NCBI GenBank assembly: GCA_964016885.1
Contig: OZ024749.1
Location: forward strand, 4,588,001 to 4,652,000
Length of the DNA stretch: 64,000 bases
Source of the DNA: Eledone cirrhosa
Lineage: Eukaryota
Direction of reading: 5' to 3'
Shown: positions 44,531 to 58,340 of the stretch, piece by piece
Layout: every line of letters starts with the position of its first letter
Position numbering within the stretch: the first letter of the stretch is position 1
Notes under the pieces: generated by a model
What the model saw: the letters and a program-made list of their open reading frames with translations, nothing else
What the model was told of the DNA's origin: nothing
The model's database searches: none
Translations under genes and position numbers: made by a program

Positions 44531-45457
44531 GGAGAACATGATATGAAGGCTAAAAAAGCTTGTTGATAGTGCAGTTTTAAATCAACATATGAAAAGTGGT
44601 TTTAGATTGATGTGTGATATTGGGAAAAATATTTTATTTAGAGAGGGGGGGGAGAAAAGGATGAAAATGGAAGGAGATGAGAGGGAGAGATGGGTGATAG
44701 AGAGAAAGAGATAGTTTTTATAACTGAGAGGAGATATATTTTATATAGAGGGGTTGAAAACCGTTGGAAGATACTGTATAAATAAAAAATTTTGAAAATT
44801 AACGAAGGGAGGATATGTGCGAGGAAAAAATATTTTATTTAGGGAGGGGGGGTGGAAAGGATGAAAAAAAGGGGAGGAGATGAGAGTGAAGGTGGAAAGG
44901 GAGAGATGGGTGATAGAGAGAAAGAGATAGTTTTTATAACTGAGAAAAAGATATAATGTTTTAATATAGAGAGGTTGGGAACCGTTGGAAGATAATGTAT
45001 AAATTAAAGGAATTTGAAAATTAACGAAGGGAAATTATGTATGAAGATAGAGAGAGAAAAAAAATAATAATTGTGGGTGAATATTCTAACGTCAAAAGAA
45101 GAAATGTATGTATTGTGAGAATTTCAAAATTAGCAAAGAGAAAAAAAGTTTATGTGTAGAAGGATTTGAGAAAAATAATGTGAAGTTAAAGTTTGTATAT
45201 TGAATTCATATGTATTAATAATGAGTTCGTTGATGGGGAGAAAAAAATAATAATAAATTAAGGATGAAATTGAGATTAAAAAGATTTATGATAGAGAGAA
45301 AAAAAATAATAATGATTGCGGATGAATACTCAAAATGTCAAAAACAAATGTTATTGTTTTACGAGAAGATAGAATGAGGCTAATGAGTAAACGAGTATTA
45401 TAGAGTGTATAATGCCCTTTAAAGTAAGGTAGTTTTTATCGAGGCAATGGTTGTTGA

Positions 45458-46651
45458 GATGTATCTCTTAATCTTGACACTGGCCTATATTACCCTTACC
45501 ATAAAAACAATGAGAATCTTAATTATGTTAACTTTAAATCTAACCATCCTACCAATATCAAGAATGCTATAGTTAATAATATTGGAAATAGAATATCTAA
45601 CATATCTTCTAATAAAAACATCTTTGATGCTAACGCCAATTACTATAATAACGCACTTTCTAAAGCCGGCTATCCAGATAAAATCAAATATAATAAAGAA
45701 ACAAATTCTAGGAAAACTTACAGTAGAATATTTAATCATAACCATTCCAATAATTTTAATAAAAGACCTAGATACAAAAACATAATCTGGTATAATGCTC
45801 CTTTCTCCATCTCTATTAATAACAATATTCCTAAATTATTTTTTAGTGCCTTAAATAAATGCTTCCCTCCCTCACATATCTATAGTAAAATATTTAACAA
45901 ACACACCATCAAATTTTCGTATTCTACATCCTCCAATATCTCCAACATCATCTCTAAACACAACAACAAAATATTAAATACTAAATCTCTTCCTTCCAAT
46001 ATTGAATTTCATAATAACAGTAATAGTACTCCTGACGTCATTATAAACCCTAGGCTAACTTCTGTAAACCCAAATGCAACGTCAAACACAACTTCGCTAA
46101 ATGTTCATAATCCAACTCTAAATCAAGAAACTATTATTCCTATTATTCCTATCGCAAACAACTTCTCCAATCCAATTCCTTCTATAGATAACACTAGATC
46201 ACTCATTAATAATCTCTCTAATTGCAACTGCCGCATTAAAAATAAATGTCCTCTCAACAACCATTGCCTCGATAAAAACTTAATTTATGAATGTAAAATT
46301 ATAACTAGCACCAATTCCTTCACCTATTTTGGCTCCACTTCCACCTCTTTTAAAGCTCGTCTCTATAATCATCATTCATCTTTCAAATACAAACTTAAAA
46401 GAACTAACACTGCTCTCTCAGAACTCATATGGTCCTTAAAAGACAAAAACATTAAATATAACATCTTTTGGAAACAGATTTCTTCTGCATCCTCATACTT
46501 GAACAGCTCTCTATCTAAAATCTGTAATCTCTGCCTAAATGAAAAATTTACCATTATCTCTAACCTAGAATCCATAATAAATAGACGCTCAGATTTGTTT
46601 TCTATCTGCCTGCATAAATTCCATAGAACTTTTCACAAAGTATACAGTTAA
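45458..46651 (+). CDS. Start-less open frame (397 codons): PLE RT thumb, CxCx5Cx5C linker and GIY-YIG endonuclease
   Basis: Manual translation: DVSLNLDTGLYYPYHK..SNHP..IIWYNAPFS..FNKHTIKFSYS..CNCRIKNKCPLNNHC..LIY..YFGST..FKARLYNH..LSELIW..CNLCLNEK..INRRSDLFSICLH; no stop and no Met, hence absent from the ORF track. Confidence 0.88.
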   Translation, partial: DVSLNLDTGLYYPYHKNNENLNYVNFKSNHPTNIKNAIVNNIGNRISNISSNKNIFDANANYYNNALSKAGYPDKIKYNKETNSRKTYSRIFNHNHSNNFNKRPRYKNIIWYNAPFSISINNNIPKLFFSALNKCFPPSHIYSKIFNKHTIKFSYSTSSNISNIISKHNNKILNTKSLPSNIEFHNNSNSTPDVIINPRLTSVNPNATSNTTSLNVHNPTLNQETIIPIIPIANNFSNPIPSIDNTRSLINNLSNCNCRIKNKCPLNNHCLDKNLIYECKIITSTNSFTYFGSTSTSFKARLYNHHSSFKYKLKRTNTALSELIWSLKDKNIKYNIFWKQISSASSYLNSSLSKICNLCLNEKFTIISNLESIINRRSDLFSICLHKFHRTFHKVYS

Positions 46652-47634
46652 TATTCAATTCGTTATCAATTTAGAATCTTTTCTCAAAGGCACATATACA
46701 TACACCTCTTTAAAATATACCCATCTACCTTACTTTAAAGGGCATTATACACTCTATAATACTCGTTTACTCATTACCCTCATTCTATCTTCTCGTAAAA
46801 CAATAACATTTGTTTTTGACATTTTGAGTATTCATCCGCAATCATTATTATTTTTTTTCTCTCTATCATAAATCTTTTTAATCTCAATTTCATCCTTAAT
46901 TTATTATTATTTTTTTCTCCCCATCAACGAACTCATTATTAATACATATGAATTCAATATACAAACTTTAACTTCACATTATTTTTCTCAAATCCTTCTA
47001 CACATAAACTTTTTTTCTCTTTGCTAATTTTGAAATTCCCACAATACATACATTTCTTCTTTTGACGTTAGAATATTCACCCACAATTATTATTTTTTTT
47101 TTCTCTCTATCTTCATACATAATTTCCCTTCGTTAATTTTGAAATTCCTTTAATTTATACATTATCTTCCAACGGTTCCCAACCTCTCTATATTAAAACA
47201 TTATATCTTTTTCTCAGTTATAAAAACTATCTCTTTCTCTCTATCACCCATCTCTCCCTTTCCACCTTCACTCTCATCTCCTCCCCTTTTTTTCATCCTT
47301 TCCACCCCCCCTCCCTAAATAAAATATTTTTTCCTCGCACATATCCTCCCTTCGTTAATTTTCAAAATTTTTAATTTATACAGTATCTTCCAACGGTTTT
47401 CAACCCCTCTATATAAAATATATCTCCTCTCAGTTATAAAAACTATCTCTTTCTCTCTATCACCCATCTCTCCCTCTCATCTCCTTCCCTTTTCATCCTT
47501 TTCTCCCCCCCCCCCCCCCTCTCTAAATAAAATATTATTCCCAATATCACACATCAATCTAAAACCACTTTTCATATGTTGATTTAAAACTGCACTATCA
47601 ACAAGTGTTTTTTAGCCTTCATATCATGTTCTCC

Positions 47635-47705
47635 TGTTTTATCTGATGAAAACACAAATATTATTGTTTGATGATGTTTGTTTTTGAAATGCGCATAATA
47701 AAATA
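47635..47705 (+). ncRNA. Hammerhead ribozyme in right pLTR
   Basis: tgttttat CTGATGA aaac..gttttt GAAA tgcgca TA ataaaata; palindromic stem III. Confidence 0.75.
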
Positions 47706-47829
47706 TATGGAACTCCTTTAACCATCTTTTGATCTTATATTATGCATACTCCAGTCCCACAAACTGTAGAGTGCTTCTTATCCGATATCTGCATTGCTTT
47801 ATTGTACTACAATAAAACTCACCTCCTAC

Positions 47830-47867
<38 letters not shown>

Positions 47868-48990
47868 TACATATATACATATATGTGGTATTCTCGTGTG
47901 GTATTCTCAATGTGAAATATAGTATTTTCGCCAACAACACAATGTTCTATCACGAATTGAACTCTCGACCTTCTTATCAGACTGATCCAGGTGGAAGGAT
48001 TGTTTGAGGGCTCTGCCCACACGACCCTCTCCGGAATAAGTGGGGGAAGAAGAAGAATTACCTTGTTTTACTCCCTGGTGGAGTGGGTGTTCAAATACAG
48101 AAATTTATGTAAATATGACGTAACCGCTTCGGTGCTATATTTCTAAAGGAATGTTTTTAGACAGAGCCATGTATCTAGAAACCAGAAGCGGTTTCTGCCG
48201 TTTAGTATCAAGAGTGTTAAGCCATAACACTTCTGATGCTACTATATACATGAAATTTTGAATTCTGGCCGCTTTTATTGTATTTTAATCTGCTAATTAG
48301 TTCCTCGATTTATATATAATTGCATCACTAATTTAATATTCTCAAACACGTCTGGAATCTACTTTTAAAGAGTTTATTATATCAAACAGAGAAACATATC
48401 ACCTAACTTGGACACTGCTGTAAAATACCCCTCTGTTAATATCACTCTGGTTCCTATTTGTATACATATATTCTGTCGTTTGGGTAACTTGGTCAGTTCT
48501 CTCACTTCTCCAGATATTTAAAATAAATGTTATGTCAATCATTTAAACATAACTACTAGCTTAGACAATGACACTGAACGGATGAAACCCTGTATATAAT
48601 ATATTCCGCTACTCTTTTTTCCTATCTATGTATATTTAATCGTGTGGTCAGGTTAATACTTTCACACACGACTTGGTCTTAATTCTAACCATCTGTGTTA
48701 TGTCAGACATATAAACAAAACCATAAACTCGGGCACAGACACAGGAGTATAGAAATTCAGTTATATATTTTCGTACGATATTTTAATATCAAATAATATA
48801 ATATTAAATTAGTTCTTTACGACATATTCCTGAAATCATTAGGTTAGGAAGGTTGAGTGTAACGAAATCATGGAGAAAATGAAAGGAGAATATGTCTTGA
48901 ATCTTTAAAATTACAACAGTATTGGCACGATACCAAAATCAACATAGACAAGAGACGTTAATAGAGTGAATATGTCTTTGTATCACATTG

Positions 48991-49900
<910 letters not shown>

Positions 49901-50001
49901 CTATGTATATATGGTTGTACGTATTTAGGTTTTTCTGAATATGTAATTGGGTTTATATGTGTGTGTTTATGTTTTGGGTGTTGTGTTTCTTCCTATTGGT
50001 G

Positions 50002-50078
<77 letters not shown>

Positions 50079-52086
50079 GTTATGTACATGTGTGAACTGT
50101 CTTCGTTTTCTCTTGCAAATTACACTGATTGTCCCACTCTTCGACCTCTGTTTTAATAACTTAACCTCGATTGACAAGCAAAAAACGACACATATTCTCT
50201 TTGATAGTGTGTCTGTATCTGTGTCCCTCTGACTGTGTTTATGGGTGTCTGTGTGTGAGTGGCTGTATGGTAGGTGTGTTTTAGCGTACGTCTTTATGAT
50301 GTGTGTTAGTTTCTGTGGTGTAAATAAATATAGAAAAAGAGAGATAGAGGGATAAATAGAGAGAGATGGGTTGAGAGTGTGTCTTAAACTGATTGAGTAA
50401 GTAATGTTAATAAAACATAAAAGTTATGGTATTTAGATTAGAAGCCATGGATAATTTCGGTAAGAGAAAAAATAACAAATATGTGACAATGTGACATATT
50501 GGTTTCGTAATAAGTTTAACGAATATCGCCAAGGAGACATGAGACAATTTGGTGGGGGTAAGAATATATACTTAGTGTGAAGATTCGACGTTACCAAATG
50601 TAAATTAAGAGATCCACTTCAATTATACACCTGTCTTTGCTTAGCTGAAGATATTTGGTGTGTATGGATGTGAACCAGTTTCATTTAACTTTGCTTTGTC
50701 TACTCCATAGAAACTGTGTGAGAGAGAATGGGTAGAAATAGATAGAGAGAGAAAGAGAGAGAAGGAGATAGTTATATAGAGAGAGCGAAAGAAAGATTGA
50801 GCTAGAGGGAGAGCGAAAAGAGAAGTAATGAGATAGAGCAGAAATTGAAATTAGTACCTAACCTCTTTTAGCAACACCTAGGCGACGAACTCTGTAGAAC
50901 ATGACATCAAATTGCATAAAGCCGGAAAAAAATCCTACAATTATTTCTGTCCAAAGTTCTTACGGTTCTGAACATACGAAGTCTATATTGCTTCAATAAA
51001 AATGGAACAGAACGGATCTTCCTCGGTTTCGAGGATCAGGCTGCAACATGTTTGATGAAGGAAACAACTAGTTCATGAAATTTATGTTTTAGAAGTTCAC
51101 TTTGCAATCATTAGGAACCGTGTTCGATTCGCCTTCATGGCAACCAGGGCCTTGTGTTGGCTCCTGTCTTGTGAGTGAAATTAAGGTAGAACAAACTTGT
51201 TTCGAACACAGTTGGATGAACTCTACCTGTAATTAAAAAGGCCAGCATAGATACATTTCCTTATACAGAATTTCTCTGAGTTTTTTATGAATAGTACACG
51301 TGTTAAGGAGAGGCCTAGCCACTTGCCTTTTAATTTCATGAAAGGAATGTCCCATTAATCGGAAAATAGTAATACTCGAAACGTCGAATCGATTCTGTAG
51401 TAAATTATTCGAACACGTTTCAGGAGAATCTCCGCCCTCTCGCCATTCTCGGATGTGTAAACGGATTTAGCGATAATGAACACAGTCTTTACTCCGTGAC
51501 TAAACTTTAAATAAGACATAATGTGATGGTGACGCTGCAGTCTCCCGCTTTAAATTATTTCGCATATTTTTTTTTATCGTACAATTACAGCTGAAACTAA
51601 ATTACCTGAAGAGAGAAATGGAGGAAAAATCAGCGAGACAGATGTTGTTGCTACTGTTGTTTGCCTCTTTGTCAGTCTTTATCGAGGAGGTATATGGTCA
51701 AAGACGTTAGAGCTGTGACAGTTCCAGATCATTGTTAGACCCACTCCATTGTATATAGGGAGAACATTAGCCAATATGTCACTTTTTAAATGGTAGAATA
51801 TGCTTTGAAAGAGATATGTGGGGCATTTTCGTATAGACAGGCAGTGTGAGACATATAGAGAAAGCGGTTTTAGCTGCTATAATTAGCAGATGGAGTGACT
51901 ACGCAGATGTTCCTACACTATGATGGAGGACAGGTGAATATACCACTTTATCCTCAAGTTCACTTGGTCTCATAACATACAATAAATAGAACACTGCTAC
52001 AAGCAAGCCAGGACACCCAAGGACCAGAAAATGGGGATATAAGCTGGATGAATCATTAAGTCTAACAAAGAATTTTGTAGAAATAC

Positions 52087-52172
52087 TTGTTTCTACTTTA
52101 GGCACAAGGCCAGCAATTACCCAATGCATTACTGGTACTTTATTTTATCGACCCCGTAAGGATGAAAGGCAA
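52087..52172 (-). mobile_element. SINE 3' fragment
   Basis: Same core and tail as other copies. Confidence 0.8.
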
Positions 52173-52523
52173 CCTTGGTGTTGTAAACGTTACTTTATTC
52201 TCTACGTTGCACAGATTCATCCTACTGCGACCTTTTAAACAGTAAATGTGTTGCAATTGTTTTTCAATTTTATGAACCAAATATCTTATTTTAAAATATT
52301 CCTATTTTTTGTTTCTTTTAATATTTTATCCTTTTTTGTAGCTTTTTCAAAAATGTGTTTGCAATTTAAAGTAGACAATAAATGAAAATGCATGAAGTTT
52401 AATATTTCGCTTTGCAAATTGATTTCTGCTTTTTTTGTTTTTCATTTGAAATGTTAATTTTTTAAGCAATTTTAGTTTGCAAAATTTTAACAAGACTCGT
52501 AAATAATGAAAATTTGTTCAAAT

Positions 52524-52663
52524 GTCTTCTTCTTCTTCTTCTTCTTCTTCGTTGTCTTCTTCTTCGTTCTCTTCTTCTTTCACTTCTTCGTTGTCTTCTT
52601 CTTCTTCCTCGTTGTCTTCTTCGTCTTCTTCGTTGTCTTCTTCGTCTTATTCGTTGTCTTCTT

Positions 52664-52694
<31 letters not shown>

Positions 52695-52978
52695 TTATTA
52701 TTCTTCTTCGTTGTCTTCTTCTTCTTCTTCTTCTTCTTCTTCTTCTTCTTCTTCTTCTTCTTCTTCTTCGTTGTCTTCTTCTTCGTTCTCTTCTTCTTTC
52801 TCTTCTTCGTTGTCTTCTTCTTCTTCCTCGTTGTCTTCTTCGTCTTCTTCGTTGTCTTCTTCGTCTTATTCGTTGTCTTCTTCTTCTTCTTCTTCTTCTT
52901 CTTCTTCTTCTTCTTCTTCTTCTTCTTCTTCTTCTTCTTCGTTGTCTTCTTCTTCTTCTTCTTCTTCTTCTTCTTCTT

Positions 52979-53009
<31 letters not shown>

Positions 53010-53112
53010 TTCGTTGTCTTCTTCTTATTATTATTATTATTATTCGTTGTCTTCTTCTTCTTCGTCTTCTTCTTCGTATTCTTCTTCTTATTATTATTAT
53101 TATTATTATTAT

Positions 53113-53154
<42 letters not shown>

Positions 53155-53168
53155 CAGTAGTAGTAGTA
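52524..53168. repeat. (CTT)n array with higher-order duplication, then (TTA)n(TAG)n
   Basis: Variant pattern cgttctcttcttctttc recurs at 52565 and 52784. Confidence 0.9.
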
Positions 53169-53685
53169 TCGTTACTATCATATTGCATTATTCTGTTTTA
53201 AATTATTTCATATTTTTATTTTCTATTTTAATTATTCTTTTGTTTATTTTTTTAAGGAATATTTTATCAAATATTATTTTGCTATTGTAGAGCAATATAA
53301 ATCAAATGATTATTACGATTTAATTATTTAAAATAAGTGAGTGAAAATATTCTAATCACGGCATGCTTTCAAGAAGATTCGTTTGTATCTAAAATACGGT
53401 GGTCTCGGCAGGGAAGAGCCAAGACTCGGCGATAAAATAGAGAAGATAATGCAGTTAAAATAAAATATTTAATACACTCGATGTGATTTATGTTTCCATA
53501 CATTTAGAAACATTGTTCTCTTCATATTTCACTTCTCTAAAGCGGCAGTGCACTGGCAGGGTCGTTGGAAATTCGGATTAAATGCCTGACCATATTTCTT
53601 TTGTTTTTATGTGTTCTGAATTCATATATCACGGAAGCCGACTTTCCTCGTCATGGGCTCGATATATTAACTAGCTACCAAGTAG

Positions 53686-54013
53686 TAGACCTGATAACCT
53701 CTAAAAGCTCAAATAGCAAGTACCATGAAAATACGTGCCCCCAAACGGGGAGAAAAGAGGGAAAATGGGTTGATTTTTACATTATGAAAGCTATACCTAT
53801 TTTCACAAGAGAAGTCATCTCTGCCCCACCTCGAAGTGGATGGGAGATATCCCTGTCGGACGGGGACAGTTGACAGATCTGAAGAAGTGAGGTTGTTATA
53901 AGTTGGTGGGAGATATCACCGTTGGACCGGGACAGTTCACAAGTCTGAAGAAGTGAGACTTTTGTAAGTGGGTGGCAGAACTCCCAGTAGGACCGGGAGA
54001 GTTGACCGGTCTG
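53686..54013. mobile_element. MITE (same family as 13269-13500) with triplicated right end
   Basis: ~66-bp unit ggga..cggac.ggga.agttgac...tctg.agaagt.ag repeated three times. Confidence 0.65.
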
Positions 54014-54758
54014 GAGAAGTAAGGCTGTTGGTTCACTTTCAATGTCTTAGACTCTTTGTTTTTATTCTTGGTGAGATGCATGTGTGATTACATATTTATC
54101 ATATGTGTGTGTTTGCATGATGGGATTAGTTCTGTAGATATTGGCGAACATATGAATGGTGTGTGGTATGTGAGAGGGAGAATAAGTAATTTGCATAACG
54201 TATGTAGACGGAAAGAAATCTTCATACATTCTCCTCTCGTTTTTTATTTCATTTCTCTAATTTTCTTGGTATACTACATTTCTAACTGTTAAAACATTTA
54301 CTCAGCTATTTGTATTATTATTCATGTTAAAAATATTATTAATATATTAGTTTCTATTAGTTTTTACAGTATTTCTATTTTTATGAATATTAAGTTCTTT
54401 ATTTAGTTTTGCATAAAGTGTTATCGTCTTACCAACTGTATTTTCAAGTTATTTACATTTCCGTATTGGAGATGTCTGACAACGACCGTAAGTATGTTAT
54501 TTATATTTTTTAATGGATTTTGAAGAAAACAGTACAGAGTAGAATGATGGAACATCTTGCTAAATTGATAGAAACGTTCTTTTATATATTTATGTGTGTT
54601 TGTGTGAAAACGTACACACCATCTCACATACACACTCACGCACACACAGACACACACAAACACAAATACACACTCATATATATATATAAGTGTGTGTGTG
54701 TGTGTATAAATAGAGACACAAAGGAGGCTTCGATTCCCAACGGCTAGCGAATTTGAAA

Positions 54759-55024
54759 ATTAGGTAGTAACGTGTGCTTACGCTGTATTTGACTACATAG
54801 AATTAGTCTGTTTGGTGGGATTTAAAAAAAACACATCTGAATGGTAAAAAAGGATGAGTATTGACATACATGGGACACGTGGTCCGACAACCAAATATAT
54901 AGGTACGTGCCCCATGTACCCCAATACTCATCCGTTTTTCCATTAAGAAGTTTTTTTTTAAATCCCAACAAACCGACTAATTATGTGAAGGCAAATACAG
55001 CGTAAGCACATGTTACTTCCAAAT
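54759..55024. mobile_element. Palindromic MITE-like element (~120-bp arms)
   Basis: gtaacgtgtgcttacgctgtatttg...catgggacacgt / acgtgccccatg...caaatacagcgtaagcacatgttac. Confidence 0.7.
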
Positions 55025-55026
55025 TA

Positions 55027-55107
<81 letters not shown>

Positions 55108-55394
55108 TAAATAACAGGAGGCTGGACTGGTGTAAATCCTTGAAAGGTTTATTATACTATGATCATTTAAATGACCGGGTTCCATATGAATCAGGTGATA
55201 TCATCTGGTATTGGAATATATTTGAATATATATTTATAATTAACTCCGTATTCGCACCACCAACTATACAAACGAAGAAGGTTCAACTGCACTACGTTGA
55301 GTACTCTCCACAATATTACACCAAGATTGACTATACGGAATGACCAACTCTATCCAGTGGTAAACCAACAAACCTAAAAAAAAAAAATATATAT

Positions 55395-55439
<45 letters not shown>

Positions 55440-55447
55440 ATACATAA

Positions 55448-56035
55448 TGGGATACATGTTACCAGTAGCACCAATGGTCGGGTCGGGTCATTGGCGACTA
55501 AACTGGCAACCCCACCAAGGTTTCTTGGTGAGGAGGGTGACTTTGGACATCCTGCAGGACTAAAAACTAAACCTGTCAAAGGGCAAAGGAGCTCTTAAGA
55601 GTTAATGCTCATCCAAAATCACCGGGAGAGATGATCCTTTAGCCTTTGTCAAGGCAGAATTCTAGGAGAAGGAAACCTCTGATATAACACCTGCAACTCT
55701 GATGGTATCCAATGATGTTGACTTGTTCTTCTTTTTGGTAAATATCATCTTGGTTAAGAGAGTGGGTCTGGCTTTGTGCAGTGCCTTTGCTCACTATAAA
55801 AGCTTCACAGCACAGGCATTGCTTTATATCTGGAGATCTCTCTGCACCTGTCGTCACATGGTACCATGGGCCCAGCACTCTGTGTCAATTATTGTCACAA
55901 ATGTAGTGTTTGTACCAGTGTCTTCAAGTCGCTGGCTGGACTAAAAAGTCACACTCGTTCAGCGCATCGGTAGGGGTTCTCCTACATGGATATAAAGTAG
56001 TGGCCGTACTCGAAAACGAGTTGGCAGCCACCATA
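55448..56035 (+). mobile_element. RTE-derived bipartite non-autonomous element
   Basis: RTE-like 5' region (ctaggagaaggaaacctctgat) joined to the last finger ([17 protein letters not shown]) and the terminal ggccgtactcgaaaacgagttggcagccaccat. Confidence 0.75.
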
Positions 56036-56290
56036 TACATAATGAGTATAACCGGACTTGCAGCTGCGATTGACAGATTCGCATCCGTTTTAAAAGGCTG
56101 TCTCAAAGCACTCAATGAGGGAATAATCAAAGAATTATTCTTCAGATTAAACACAATAAGTTAGGTAATAGTGACACAATAATGCGACCAGAGGCATGTT
56201 GCCACCTGAATACTACAAGAATGAAACATACAGACAGCTTAAAGACAAACATTGATCTGATAGATAGATATTATATATAAAGAGGAACAC

Positions 56291-56620
56291 TGGATTGGTT
56301 GTATCCGTAGAGGGTCGGACGCCATGCTTTGCAGCAAAGAGTTACGACCCTTTATGGTTTGAGTTCAAATCCCACCGAGGTTAATTTTGCCATTCATCCT
56401 TACGGGGTCGATAAAATAAAGTACCAGTAATACACTGAGATAATTGCTGTTCTTGTGCCAAAATGAGAAACAATTATATATAAAGAGGTACGGCCCTTTA
56501 TGGTCTCAGTTCAAATCCCTCTGAGATTATCTGAGCCTTTCATGCTGACGGGGTCGATAAAATAAAGTACCAGTAGTATACTCTGTATGCAGTCCCTCAT
56601 TCCTCCCTGAAATTTCTATA
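56291..56620 (+). mobile_element. Two tandem SINE copies
   Basis: B-box gagttcaaatccc and core in each. Confidence 0.8.
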
Positions 56621-56868
56621 CGTATTTGTATACAGCTATGTCTGAAGGTAAATCCTATATATATATATATATATATACAGTATAAAAGGTTGATTCTTTT
56701 TAGTTTCCCGTCCCTACGTAACATTTGTAAATCGGTGGCTAGTTGAGAGATAGAGTCCTATCGGTTGCCAGTTGCTAATCGTTTTACCATGTCGATTGTC
56801 ACAAACATTCATGACCGGCATGCGTCGGTGTTTGGACTCTGTCGATCGATTGGTTATTGATTAGGCGA

Positions 56869-56982
56869 TACCCGCTGATGAAGCCGCATAAGCCGATTGT
56901 GCATCGTTGCATAATATATGCAGACAGATGGTGCAGTGCACCTTACTGGTACATTAGTGCGACAGAAACTCGAGTCCGAGAA
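56869..56982 (+). ncRNA. Hammerhead ribozyme with long stem II, in a solo pLTR-like unit (56681-57128)
   Basis: CTGATGA (56875) ... GAAAC tcga GTC (56965-56976); stems I and II partly mismatched. Confidence 0.6.
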
Positions 56983-57125
56983 CCTTATAGGCACCCCTTT
57001 TACGTGTGTTGTGTTGAAGCACATAACTATGTGTATACTCTGGTAATTTATCTGACATTGCCCATCGAGTGCGCTGACATACAACCGGTACTGGCATTGA
57101 TAAATATGTTGGGTCCGTCAACCCT

Positions 57126-57169
<44 letters not shown>

Positions 57170-57229
57170 GTATCTATATATATATATATATATATGATTT
57201 ACCTTCAGACATAGCTGTATACAAATACG

Positions 57230-57260
<31 letters not shown>

Positions 57261-57293
57261 ATAAATGGAAAACTATATTTATAAAACCATATT

Positions 57294-57359
57294 TATTTCG
57301 TTATATATATTTCGGGGATATCATATTAACAATATGCTATGCCTTCATCAGACAAAATA
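57294..57359 (-). ncRNA. Hammerhead ribozyme, same family as 4999-5063
   Basis: Minus strand tattttgt CTGATGA agg..ccc GAAA tatata TA acgaaata; flanks match 4618-4650, family tail at 57762-57825. Confidence 0.7.
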
Positions 57360-57717
57360 CAATATAAACAGTTTTATAGATAAATATATTCGACATACCG
57401 TAATAAACATCAACTTCATTTGAAGAGGTTTACTCTAGCAGTGAAAATACAGAGAGAAAGAAAGAGAGAAAGAAAAGAGGGAAAAACGAAAGAAAGAAAG
57501 ACAAAACGAAGAGAAGGAAGAAAAAGAAGAAAAAGAAAAAGAAGAAATGCATGGAACAAAATAGAGAGATGGAAAAATAGATAAAGTGAAGAGCTTCATG
57601 TAAAGAGACAGAAAGATATATATATATAGAGAGAGAGGAAATAGAGATAGATATATATATATATATAGAAAATTAGGTAGTGGGAGGTCATTTTGAGTAA
57701 GTGTATCAATGATACAT

Positions 57718-57756
<39 letters not shown>

Positions 57757-57900
57757 TATATACTCCAAATATTTGTCGAGTGCTTTTATATCAGTTATAA
57801 ATATTTACTAGTTGTAACCCAACAATTTTAAATATAACTTTACATATATATATATATATATATATAGGATTTACCTTCAGACATAGCTGTATACAAGTAC

Positions 57901-57944
<44 letters not shown>

Positions 57945-58043
57945 GATTTACCTTCAGACATAGCTGTATAAAAATACGTATAGATATAAAAAGGGAAACA
58001 AATATTTTTCTTCTTAATAATCGTCTTTTTCTACCTGTTTTCA

Positions 58044-58136
<93 letters not shown>

Positions 58137-58340
58137 CTAACGTGGGTTGTTGACTTCACAACCAAAGTTTTCATTGTGTCTGGCCTTTATAAGGCATGTT
58201 AATTGCTCTGGTTTCTTTTTAGTCCAATGAGCGCTTCCTGCATATCTCGAAGAGTGCGTTCCGTCTTGTCTTGGCCACCGCCGAAATACGATCCCGCTGA
58301 CACTATATTTTTTATTTATTTATTTATTTATATATATATA

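Larger units (their letters stand above)
44422..47831 (+). mobile_element. Naiad-type PLE, 5'-truncated, with ~1 kb inverted pLTRs and 3' tail
   Basis: 44422-45432 is the near-identical reverse complement of 46725-47743; tail 47744-47831; (TA)n on both sides. Confidence 0.92.

Noticed and set aside
45458-46651. Possible selenoprotein Naiad (in-frame TGA plus SECIS)
   Set aside because: All Cys positions in the visible frame are TGC/TGT; there is no in-frame TGA.
53845-54030. Regularly spaced repeats resembling a CRISPR array
   Set aside because: Eukaryotic context, no unique spacers and no cas genes; it is a tandemly duplicated MITE end.
55170-55215. Minus-strand cagatga..ggaacccggtc HHR-like motif
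   Set aside because: Multiple core mismatches and weak stems.
55450-55515. HDV-like ribozyme at the RTE-derived 5' end (..gcgaCTAAactgg)
   Set aside because: I could not find the P3/L3 (UYCNCG) and P1 elements; it folds only as a simple hairpin.
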